Origin: a virus
Taxonomy: Duplodnaviria > Caudoviricetes
IMG/VR virus record: IMGVR_UViG_3300049211_000004
Location: 1 to 24,230 of that record
Length of the DNA stretch: 24,230 nucleotides
Direction: 5' to 3' (one strand)
The position numbers and the translations under genes were made by a program. The notes beneath the pieces are model-generated. The model saw only the letters and a program-made list of their open reading frames with translations. It had not been told where the DNA came from and searched no databases. Shown piece by piece: positions 16,401-23,686 of this stretch. Position 1 is the stretch's first letter; each line of letters opens with the position of its first letter.

Positions 16401-18730
16401 ATGTGGTCGTCAGCGATGACGCGCATCGGGTAGCCGAGACGGAACAGCACCGACATCTTCCACCAGCGGTTCATGGTGGAGGCGGTGGTGAGCAGCGCGT
16501 CCATCATCTGTCGCTTCTGCGTGATGGCGCGCTGGATGCGGTCGTAGGTACGGCCGGTGGCTGAGGCCAGCTGGCGCTGGAGCCCGTTGAGATCGAGGGC
16601 GTGGTCCTTCCATGCCTCAGCGTGGGCGGACATCCGCTCGGCCCAGAGGCGGTCGTTGACCACCTGCTTCGCCATCTGCACGTCGAACAGCGGGACGCGG
16701 TTGGCGAGCTGCGAGGACACGATCGGCAGCGAGACCGGAACGCCGGACTCGTCGATCAGCTGGTCCATCCGCGGCTTGAAGTCGCCGAGCTCGTCGGCGA
16801 TGTTCTTCTCCGCAACCAGGGCGTCGTCCTTGCGAGCGGCCTGCCGCGCGGCCATCATGCCGCGGGCGCGCAGCGCCATCTCGTCGGTCTGCTGGGTGGT
16901 GGCGTAGAGCCGGCCACCCGCCATCGAGCCGACAGCCTTCGCGCGGGCGCGCTGGCCGGCGATCATCGCCTCGCGGATGAAGTCGGTGTCGATCGTGATG
17001 CCGTGCTTCTCCGAGGCGCTCTTGGCGAGGCCAGCCATCGCGACGTGCTCGGCGCGCTCGATCGCCTGGAGGCGATCCATCTCCGTTCGCGCCTTCATGG
17101 CCTTGGACAGCTCGCCGAGACGGGTGGTGTCGTCGACACCCGCGACCCGCAGCATCGAGTCGAGCTGAGTGACGCCGGAGTCCCAGTCGTGGGTCTCCAC
17201 GAAGCCGGTCAGGTGGGTCTGCCCGAGGTTGCGCACGAACGCTGCACCCGCCTTGGTGGGCAGGCCGGCAGCCGCCCACTTCATCGGGTAGGCGACCACG
17301 AGCGGCATCGAGTAGAGACCGCGCTGGTAGACGCTGGAGTAGGACTCCCGACCCGGGAACCGGGTCATCCGATCCACAACGGTGTCGTGTCCGCGCTCGA
17401 CCTTCTGGAGGAGCGAGTCGCCCTGGGTCTTCCGCAGCTTCGCCGCGGTGCCCGCTACCGGGTTCGCGTGCACGCCGGGGAGACGGTCGAGCTTGCCGGC
17501 GCCCTCGGTGAGCAGGAGCTTGTCGCCGTCGAGCTTGGCCTTCACCTGGGCGTGCCAGCCCTTGACGAACTTCGTCACGTCGCCGGCCTCGTCGAGGCCC
17601 TCGATCTGCCGGTTGAACTGGGCGCGGAACTCGGGGTCGAACTGCACCTCGCGCATCAGCGCCTGATCGGTGAGGTCGACGGTCTTCTCGCGCACGATGT
17701 TGTTGAGCTTGTCCGCAATGGCCTGCGTGCCAGCGATCTCGGTGCGAAGGCGCTCGATCTGCGAGGTGTCGCCAACGCCCACCGCGAACACGCGGCGGGC
17801 GGCGTTCTCACGCTGCGAGACATCCTCGATCTTCAGAGCGTCTTCGAGCGCGGAGGAGACGGCGCGACCCGCGGGGCTCGTCTGGAGCTCGGGAGAGACG
17901 GCGCGGATCTCGGCCGCGTTCAGCGGCCGGCCGAGCTTGTTCTCGCCGTTGATGTAGGAGAAGTAGCGGTCGAAGCGACCTGACCAGTTCGGCTCCAGGA
18001 GCCGGCCGATGCCGGAGGCGTGGACAGCCTTCACTCCCCCGTCGAGGTCAAGGTGAGCCGCGAAGCCCGCCTTGGACGTTTCGGGGACACGACCCATCGT
18101 GTAGAGGTCGTGCGAGATGCCGGCCACCTTGCCAACGAGCACGGCCGGGTCGAGGAACCACGAGGTCGTGATGTCGGTACCGAACGCGATGGCGTTGCCA
18201 AGGAAGGGGTGATCGACCTGCGTCTTCGCCTGGAACGGCGTCAGGTCGACGGTCTTGCCATCCTTGGTCTTGGCCTGCTCGTCGGTGTACTTGAACGGGT
18301 CCTCGCCGTTCGTCACGGCGAAGGCGAGAGACTGTCCGAAGGACTGGTGCTCGGCGACCTTGTACGCCTGACTCCAAGCCTCACCGGAGAACAGGTCGCC
18401 GTAGTGGGTCTCGTCACCACCGGAGTCCAGGTGGGAGGCCATTGTCATGGCCGTCGACAGCGGCTGGTCGATCGACTCGTGGTAGGCCTTGTTGAGCCCG
18501 TGCATGACCTCGCCGAAGGCGTTGCGCAGCGGGGCGGGAACGGGCTGCACGAGGTCGTTGAAACGGCTGCCGACGTGGTTCAGTGCGCCACCGAAGCCGC
18601 TGTTGTCAGCGTCGCCCCACTGGTCGCCGGGGACGACGTAGGTGCCGATGTCGTAGACGGCGCCCGGGGCTGCGATGGCAGCCTTGCCGAGCGTCTTCAG
18701 GCCCTCCCCGAGGGAGTCGAGGAAGCCCAT
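13400..18730 (-). CDS. Very large putative internal virion / DNA-ejection protein, 1776 aa
   Basis: Long ORF with strong GC3 bias, coupled at both ends, mostly helical. Size and position resemble podophage ejectosome proteins. No catalytic motif recognised. Confidence 0.65.
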   Translation of the reverse strand: MGFLDSLGEGLKTLGKAAIAAPGAVYDIGTYVVPGDQWGDADNSGFGGALNHVGSRFNDLVQPVPAPLRNAFGEVMHGLNKAYHESIDQPLSTAMTMASHLDSGGDETHYGDLFSGEAWSQAYKVAEHQSFGQSLAFAVTNGEDPFKYTDEQAKTKDGKTVDLTPFQAKTQVDHPFLGNAIAFGTDITTSWFLDPAVLVGKVAGISHDLYTMGRVPETSKAGFAAHLDLDGGVKAVHASGIGRLLEPNWSGRFDRYFSYINGENKLGRPLNAAEIRAVSPELQTSPAGRAVSSALEDALKIEDVSQRENAARRVFAVGVGDTSQIERLRTEIAGTQAIADKLNNIVREKTVDLTDQALMREVQFDPEFRAQFNRQIEGLDEAGDVTKFVKGWHAQVKAKLDGDKLLLTEGAGKLDRLPGVHANPVAGTAAKLRKTQGDSLLQKVERGHDTVVDRMTRFPGRESYSSVYQRGLYSMPLVVAYPMKWAAAGLPTKAGAAFVRNLGQTHLTGFVETHDWDSGVTQLDSMLRVAGVDDTTRLGELSKAMKARTEMDRLQAIERAEHVAMAGLAKSASEKHGITIDTDFIREAMIAGQRARAKAVGSMAGGRLYATTQQTDEMALRARGMMAARQAARKDDALVAEKNIADELGDFKPRMDQLIDESGVPVSLPIVSSQLANRVPLFDVQMAKQVVNDRLWAERMSAHAEAWKDHALDLNGLQRQLASATGRTYDRIQRAITQKRQMMDALLTTASTMNRWWKMSVLFRLGYPMRVIADDHMRIAARLGYMPFLKANLPEATANSFYNYMPGVLAKSSRRGQARQAFALAQADRQRLIADLGFRNPPSDAEWGQLKELHEVYFNGVYSAEEKALAHKKILAIDPLGRTLEWADLQRQVKTANRAIGQHKRILAEAEAAGDTARATKARAAIADREGEINHVTEQLSGRTNPDQLRKALINANEALKGGPKAFRADKRHIGDRGVTIAPGVKVSGAFDSPAGAYREAVSSNAGFNYQLTDGEATGFSLLSSGHWRTVAPGEPGYYQLWANILNHQFQHSPEFMSIVKGEVKTPQEFASWLRQPENAHLVERMQHYAHDPEDWGGRLIAIAEDYLPSSEVQELVAQGRVTARQLQKLFPEGDGRLPHIHGQLADVQSGRVTAARYFSQSIGNIFRYLSEVPTDQLSRHPYFNAIYQREVKAAARVHVAGKAGKGATFTQRDLSEIESIGRQKALTELRRTLWDVSAHSSAAHTMRFLSPFFAAHQEALTRWWHLAKDDPSIVRKFQLFFDIPRRAGLVYDDEGNEVKPGDSIGPGNHIMMKLPFADENGAVNKWLKKVGGGSYWNINENGLNLILQNGLANPGAGPMVTVPLEVLAQKYADQGELEKAARLINPYPPTGDSSLDIAIGSVQPAWSKRALALMQGENSKEFGRYYMQNFADDLVTFRLQHDREPNEAELNALQDKASKETHRDLVLMMSSNLLSVTPAKPNSRYAVVQNGLQRLYEQMRSEGHDMDWLREHFVKQYGEAYLALIYSMGTDPAGLDNNRAEVSAIRKHRGLLKNVDPSLTRMVIGPEVETADDEEKQYSSAAAAWLRATDTGSGTTYLGSKNPKEVAAQQVINAGWRQYDELTNYLDTIADEQGLDGYEQSPQLVEAKRKGLQYIKDHNEVFGFAYDTWSRTSFDKKVADMRQIVSNKKLAGDPTRSDVYWLSQYVQVRDAITEALRQRGNAGGAKTIEAKANADLANAFRQAVAYINGQSPYFKQYSYHGTIEHDPYLLGTEAE

Positions 18731-19194
18731 CAGCTAGCCGCCAGTCGCGCCTTCAGCGCGCGGACCCAAGCCCGGGTCTCGGGGGTGGCGGAAGGGAGGT
18801 TCGCCATCATCTCCAGAGAGCGCACGAGCGGCTTCATCTGCGCCATCGTGGCCGCAGAGTCAGAGGTGATGCCCGCGGCCTCCGGCCCCATGCCGGGGCC
18901 GAGAGCGGCGCCAGCGGTGACGGGCTCGCTCGGGTTCGCCGTGGGCGCGCCGAACGGAATCATGTCTGCCGGGGAGGGGCCGGCAGGCGCGGTGTTGCCA
19001 CCGCCGCCACCTTGGAGCGGAGCGCCGGACTGAATGCCTTCCATTTCCTGCCTGCTGCCGTAGGGGCCACCGTTGGCGACCATCGGCGGCTGCGTGGTGG
19101 CGGGGTTGCCGTCCGTGCGCTGCGAAAGGGCACCGGGGCCGCTGACGGCTGCGGGGTGAGCGGGAGTCCGCTGTCCTCCGTGTCCGTTCGCCAT
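18730..19194 (-). CDS. Pro/Gly-rich putative virion protein, 154 aa
   Basis: GAAAGGA RBS. 'PAAVSGPGALSQRTDG' and 'PSEPVTAGAALGPGMG', downstream of the portal gene. Confidence 0.75.
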   Translation of the reverse strand: MANGHGGQRTPAHPAAVSGPGALSQRTDGNPATTQPPMVANGGPYGSRQEMEGIQSGAPLQGGGGGNTAPAGPSPADMIPFGAPTANPSEPVTAGAALGPGMGPEAAGITSDSAATMAQMKPLVRSLEMMANLPSATPETRAWVRALKARLAAS

Positions 19195-19301
19195 GCTGGT
19201 TCCTTTCGAGAAGTAGAAGGTGGGGGCACCGAGCGGCCTACTCGGTGCTTGTCCGGCTTGTTATGCGCGCTGCCGGTCAGCCGCCCACCGCGGCTTACGC
19301 G

Positions 19302-19369
19302 CACCCCGTCGAGGGATCGAACCTCGCCAGATCGGTTTTGGAGACCGATCCGCTCCCAGAGCCCGGGAT
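19302..19369 (-). tRNA. tRNA-Trp (anticodon CCA), compact non-canonical cloverleaf, 68 nt, 3' CCA not encoded
   Basis: Minus strand: ATCCCGG GCTC-TGG-GAGC G GATCGGT-CTCCAAA-ACCGATC TGG CGAGG-TTCGATC-CCTCG ACGGGGT G. A1-U72 and discriminator G73 match bacterial Trp identity elements. Confidence 0.85.
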
Positions 19370-19377
19370 TGAGGGAA

Positions 19378-19406
19378 GCTCCTGCTGTGTCGGGTTCAGC
19401 AGGAGC
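19378..19406 (-). other. Hairpin immediately 5' of the tRNA (terminator or processing stem)
   Basis: GCTCCTGCTG/CAGCAGGAGC 10-bp perfect stem with a 9-nt loop. Confidence 0.5.
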
Positions 19407-19414
19407 CGCCCAGA

Positions 19415-19591
19415 TCAGTGGATCTTGCGAGCGTTGGCCGGCACGCCCGGGCCAACCTCGGTGTTGTGGAGCGCGTCGTCGAACGTCGGCGCCTCGTCGA
19501 AGCCGGTGACCGGGACACCCGACTCGTCGGGGCCGTACTGGGTCGAAGGCCGCGACTGGGGCTTCGGCTGCTTCGTGGAGAAGTCGGACAT
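19415..19591 (-). CDS. Hypothetical protein, 58 aa (absent from the ORF track, which shows another frame)
   Basis: TAAGGA RBS overlapping the portal stop. MSDFSTKQPKPQSRPSTQYGPDESGVPVTGFDEAPTFDDALHNTEVGPGVPANARKIH*, high GC3. Confidence 0.75.
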   Translation of the reverse strand: MSDFSTKQPKPQSRPSTQYGPDESGVPVTGFDEAPTFDDALHNTEVGPGVPANARKIH

Positions 19592-19600
19592 CTGTATTCC

Positions 19601-21382
19601 TTAGTGTTGGACGGGTCGCATGCGCGACACATTCGCCTGGAGGTTCGGGTTGCCCGAGGGGGTCATCCCGGCGAGCGACATCAGGAGGTCTGACGCGCCG
19701 CCACTTCCTGCACCGGGAAGTCCAGCTGGGCCTTCCCCTGCCCCTTGCGCCTGTTCAAGCGGTGACGGAGGTGCTGCCTCCGGCGCCTGCTCCTTGGGTG
19801 CAAAGACTTCGCTGATCGCCTCGGAGGGCGACTTGCCCTTCTCGATGAGCTTGCGGAGCTCGGCGATCTGCATGACCACCTCGCGGGGGTCTGCGCCGCC
19901 CATCGCCATCTGCGGGATGGCGAGCGGCAGCTGCGCGATCGAGGCGGCGATCGAGTCGTCGAGCTGCTCCATCTCGATCTGCCGGCCCTCGGCCAGCGGG
20001 TTCATGTCCACCGGCAGCGACTTGCGCGCCGTGGACTTCGAGATGAGACCACCGGCCAGAGCCTGAAGGACGAACACCAGACCACGGTTCGGATCGAGAC
20101 CCGCAATCGCCCCGTAGGACACATCGACAACGTGGTCGCCGTTGATGTCCTTGGTGGGAACGTAGGTGATCTTGCGGGGAGCGCCGTTGTCCTTCAGCGT
20201 CAGCGTCTTCTTCGCGTTCGCCCAAGGTGCCCGCTCGTCCATCTCGAAGCACATGGCGATGACATCCTCCAGAGCGGAGGCGTTCAGACGCTGGAAGGTC
20301 TGAACCTGAGTGTCGAAGGTGCCCATGAGCGCCTGCACGCCCTGGCCGGTGACGATAGAGGCGTCGATGGACCCCGAGCGCCCCTCGGGGTACCGCGAGC
20401 CCATGCGCTGCTCCTGGGCGAGCGCGTTGAACTCGGGGAACAGCCCCGGCTGGAGGTTCAGGTTGACGCGGCCGATGCCCTGCGGCGTCTTGGACTGGAT
20501 GGCCGTGAACGGCCCGATCTCCAGCTCCTGCACGTCGTCAGGCATGGCGATCGGAGCGTTGACGCTCTGCTCCAGGGCATTCATCGTGTAGACCTGCACG
20601 AGCGCGCGAGCGATCTGCACCCAGATCACGTCGTCGAACTGGCCGCGCACGTCGTCCCGCACCACGGCGGGGCGCTCCACCACGCGCACTGGGCAGCCGG
20701 AGGTGAGGTTCTCCACGCTGACCAGACACATGCCGGGGTCAAGCAGGATCAGGCACTGATGGTCGTCGTCGTACCAGCGCACCACCTCGACCATGAGGTT
20801 GCCGTCGAAGTTGCCGTAGCGCTGGCGCAGCTTGTTCTTCAGCAGCTCATTGTCGGCGAACTGGTGGCACAGCGCCTCGGCCGAGACGCGGTAAACCGCG
20901 CTGTAGTCCTTGACCCGGCCCCGGTAGTCCATCGTGTAGTAGGCGGTAGGAACGTCGTCCACTCGGATCACCGGCATCTGCTCGGTGAAGTCGGGCTCGA
21001 CGATGTAGGCCATGAAGCCGAAGGAGCCGTAGCGGTCGGTGCCGCCGAACATCTGGTCCTGGAGGCGGGACTTCTGTACGTAGGCGTTGGCGATGGCCGC
21101 GCGCATGTCCTGGCGCTTCTGGTCGGCCTCGTTCGCCAGCGCTGCCGACTGGCAGTTGAACGCCGGCAGCGGAGCCATCACCTCGGCGATGTCGCGCGCC
21201 GTGGTGTCGATCAGGTTGGCGATGAGCGGCTTGTCGAACTCGGAGGTGTTGAAGAGGCCGGGTGCAACAGACTCGTAGTCTCCGCGGCGAATGGCGAGCA
21301 CCTGAGAGTTGTTGCGGTCGCGCGCAGCGTTGCGCATTCGCGCAAGCTGCACCCTGCCCGCAATGTAGGAGGCGTCGTCCAT
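19601..21382 (-). CDS. Portal protein, 593 aa
   Basis: True start MDDASYIAG at 21382 with a TAAGGA RBS. Follows the terminase. Podophage-portal size, 'RGQFDDVIWVQ' segment and disordered P/A/G-rich C-terminus. Confidence 0.85.
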   Translation of the reverse strand: MDDASYIAGRVQLARMRNAARDRNNSQVLAIRRGDYESVAPGLFNTSEFDKPLIANLIDTTARDIAEVMAPLPAFNCQSAALANEADQKRQDMRAAIANAYVQKSRLQDQMFGGTDRYGSFGFMAYIVEPDFTEQMPVIRVDDVPTAYYTMDYRGRVKDYSAVYRVSAEALCHQFADNELLKNKLRQRYGNFDGNLMVEVVRWYDDDHQCLILLDPGMCLVSVENLTSGCPVRVVERPAVVRDDVRGQFDDVIWVQIARALVQVYTMNALEQSVNAPIAMPDDVQELEIGPFTAIQSKTPQGIGRVNLNLQPGLFPEFNALAQEQRMGSRYPEGRSGSIDASIVTGQGVQALMGTFDTQVQTFQRLNASALEDVIAMCFEMDERAPWANAKKTLTLKDNGAPRKITYVPTKDINGDHVVDVSYGAIAGLDPNRGLVFVLQALAGGLISKSTARKSLPVDMNPLAEGRQIEMEQLDDSIAASIAQLPLAIPQMAMGGADPREVVMQIAELRKLIEKGKSPSEAISEVFAPKEQAPEAAPPSPLEQAQGAGEGPAGLPGAGSGGASDLLMSLAGMTPSGNPNLQANVSRMRPVQH

Positions 21383-21390
21383 CCGTATCC

Positions 21391-23400
21391 TTAGTTGTTG
21401 GCCTGTCGGTAGTCGGCAAGAGAGACCCGTTGGTGGTTCTTCCGACGTGGACTGACGAACTTGTTGTTGCGGCCGAAGGCAACGACGTTGCCGTTGCGGC
21501 CGATTCCGAGAAACTCGCGGGCGCCCGTGTTGGCGAACCAAAGTGCCATCACGAGGTCGCAGGGCACCTTGGCGGGATTGAGTTCGGGGGTCCAGATGAT
21601 GAGCTGGTGGACCAGCGCCTTCATCCCTTCCTGGTTCGGGCGGGGTAGCTCGATCAGGGGTTCGGTGATGGTGCGCCAGCCCCCATTGGGGTCATCCCAC
21701 GCCTTGTCGTACTCCCCGAACAGGGAGGCCATCGAGGAGACGCCGTAGCCCAAGTCCCACTTGTTGCTACCGGTCTCGTGCTCGGTGAACTTCACGCCGC
21801 GGGTCTGGAACCAAACGCGGAACTCGGCGTGCTGAGTGAAGAACTTCAGCAGACCGGTCTTCTCGACACGCCACTCGTGAATGCCGTAGAACTCGGTGAG
21901 CTCCTTCATCCGGTCCTGGAGCTCCTTGGTGGTCGGAGCCTTCAGGTTGACCGCAGTGAGCACGAACCGCTTCTGCGTGTCCTTGTCGACCGCAATGACC
22001 ACCAGACCGGCGAAGCCGGAGATGGCCGGGTCGCAGCCGCCGATGATGTACTTGTCGTGCATTCCGGCGTAGGGGTGGCCCACCTTGTCGGCTTCGAGCC
22101 GGCCGCACATCCGCGCGGAGTTGGTCGCCTTCTTCACCGCGAACTCGGGGAAGGTCGAGTTCTCCGAGACCGAGGACTGCTGGAAGATCAGCGCCCAGTC
22201 GGTCGCGGAGTTCGCCGCTCGCGGGCCGAGCTCCAGGTGCAGGCCGTCCCAGCGGGCGTACACACGCCGCCCGCCCCACTCGAACCCCTCCGAGCAGGCG
22301 GGGTTCTCGCACAGGCAGAGCTCGCCTTCGGCGGCGCTGTCGGGATGCACCCACGGGACCTGCGCCCGGGGCCAGAGCGTCACGTGCTCCTCGGGGGTCT
22401 CCCCCTCGTGGAGGATCGCCGGGGAGGCGAGGTAGGTCCAGGGCACCTTGCCGTTGGCGTAGTTCTCGGGGTTGCGCAGCTCGGAGTACAGGTCGATCGA
22501 GGCGACGCGGGTGCCGACCACGAGGAGCTTGCCACCGGCCTCGATGCGGGTCTCGACCATCGAGCGCAGCCACTTCATCTGCTTGGCGTGCTCGGAGACG
22601 TTGGTGGTGTCCACGCCGTCATCGACGATGATGAGGTCCGCGCGCCGGCCGTAGACCTTGGAGCGCATGCCCAGCGCGATCACGTTCGCGTCCTTCTCGT
22701 GGAAGGCGCGGCGTCCCTGGGAACGAACCTCGGAGCCGAAGACGATCTTGCTCTCGGTCCAGGACTCGGCGGTGGCCTCCCAGCCACCGTCCGGCGCGTA
22801 GGCGAGCTGCATCTCCAGGAAGTCCGGGGAGGTGAGCCGCTGCTTGATACCGAACAGGAAGTCCTGGGCGAGACCCTGCCCCGCGGAGATGATGATGATG
22901 CGGAAGCTCGGGTCCATGCAGAGCCGGTAGGTGGCGTAGTCGATCGTGATGGCGACCGACTTGCCGTGGAACGGCGGGCAGTTGACCATGATCCGGTCGC
23001 GGCGGTTCTGCTCGTAGACCTGGGAGTCGTGGAGATCCCGGGGCTCCCGGTTCTCCAGCATGTCGACCCACTGCATCTGATGCCACGGGGTGTCAACCCC
23101 GAGGTACTTCTTGCGCCACTCGGCGAAGCCCATCCGTTCGCCGCGCTCCACACCCCGGTCGGGCTTGCGCAGCTGGCGGGCTTGGTCGACGCGGGACTTG
23201 AAGTCGGCGTCCTTGCGGCGCCACTCCTCGTAGGTCTTCTGTGCGTACCCGATCTTCTCCAGCGCGGAGGCGACGGTCATGCCGGTCTTGATGTGCTCCA
23301 CGAAGGCGTTCTTCGCAGCCTCGGTGGTCAGGCGGGTGGGACGCTTTGCGCGATTGCCGCCGTTCGCCCCCCGGGTGGCCCGCTGGTGCGGAGCGGCCAT
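21391..23400 (-). CDS. terL: Terminase large subunit with an N-terminal HTH-like extension, 669 aa
   Basis: Walker A PPFHGKS, 'GRRADLIIVDD' Walker B, VGTR coupling motif, and RNase H-like nuclease acidic residues (GCDPA, RVEK, CDLVMA). Confidence 0.92.
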   Translation of the reverse strand: MAAPHQRATRGANGGNRAKRPTRLTTEAAKNAFVEHIKTGMTVASALEKIGYAQKTYEEWRRKDADFKSRVDQARQLRKPDRGVERGERMGFAEWRKKYLGVDTPWHQMQWVDMLENREPRDLHDSQVYEQNRRDRIMVNCPPFHGKSVAITIDYATYRLCMDPSFRIIIISAGQGLAQDFLFGIKQRLTSPDFLEMQLAYAPDGGWEATAESWTESKIVFGSEVRSQGRRAFHEKDANVIALGMRSKVYGRRADLIIVDDGVDTTNVSEHAKQMKWLRSMVETRIEAGGKLLVVGTRVASIDLYSELRNPENYANGKVPWTYLASPAILHEGETPEEHVTLWPRAQVPWVHPDSAAEGELCLCENPACSEGFEWGGRRVYARWDGLHLELGPRAANSATDWALIFQQSSVSENSTFPEFAVKKATNSARMCGRLEADKVGHPYAGMHDKYIIGGCDPAISGFAGLVVIAVDKDTQKRFVLTAVNLKAPTTKELQDRMKELTEFYGIHEWRVEKTGLLKFFTQHAEFRVWFQTRGVKFTEHETGSNKWDLGYGVSSMASLFGEYDKAWDDPNGGWRTITEPLIELPRPNQEGMKALVHQLIIWTPELNPAKVPCDLVMALWFANTGAREFLGIGRNGNVVAFGRNNKFVSPRRKNHQRVSLADYRQANN

Positions 23401-23657
23401 CAGCCCTCAGCCTCGCCGGCATAGAACGCGGCGGTCACGTCATCGCGGGCGGACATGTCGGCAACGCCGACGAGGCCAAGCGTCTGGGCGTACCCCTGAG
23501 TCTCGGGTCGGGTCACCACCAGCTGCGTCTCGCCGCTGGAGCGGATCACCTCCGCGACCACGACGAACCCGTTCAGCATGCCCGGGTCGTCCTGGCCGGC
23601 GAAGTAATCCGCCGCGGCTCGCGTAAAGACATCCGCGAGGGAGAGGTTTTCATCCAC
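23400..23657 (-). CDS. Hypothetical acidic protein, 85 aa, first gene of the module
   Basis: AGAGAGG RBS, GTG start, TGATG coupling to the terminase. Confidence 0.7.
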   Translation of the reverse strand: MDENLSLADVFTRAAADYFAGQDDPGMLNGFVVVAEVIRSSGETQLVVTRPETQGYAQTLGLVGVADMSARDDVTAAFYAGEAEG

Positions 23658-23686
23658 GGAAAACCTCTCTTTCCGGCAGGAGATTT

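Noticed and set aside
13400-18730. Virion RNA polymerase (N4- or crAss-like) using hairpin promoters
   Set aside because: Only a chance DPLGR was seen. I found no Rx3Kx7YG motif B and no DxDxD/DFDGD motif. A structure search would be needed to exclude it fully.
19253-19302. tRNA-associated HDV-like (theta) ribozyme
   Set aside because: The position fits, but only one nucleotide lies between the P2 5' strand and the P1 3' strand, so P3/L3/P1.1 are missing. Kept as a plain pseudoknot.
19302-19369. Stop-codon recoding or an attP/att site associated with the tRNA
   Set aside because: The anticodon is plain CCA, genes end cleanly at TGA/TAA/TAG with coupled starts, and no duplicated tRNA 3' end or integrase is in the window.
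964-21541. Extended N-termini in the ORF track (starts 1308, 3116, 6627, 7548, 8107, 8258, 9773, 11753, 21541)
   Set aside because: They overlap upstream genes. Internal starts with RBS or stop-start coupling (1122, 2975, 6336, 7467, 7936, 7712, 9503, 11669, 21382) fit better.
1533-23424. Long plus-strand ORFs (e.g. 1533-3056, 14801-16564, 16601-17983, 21778-23424)
   Set aside because: They are antisense shadows of high-GC3 minus-strand genes, with no motifs or RBS, and each fully overlaps a well-supported gene.
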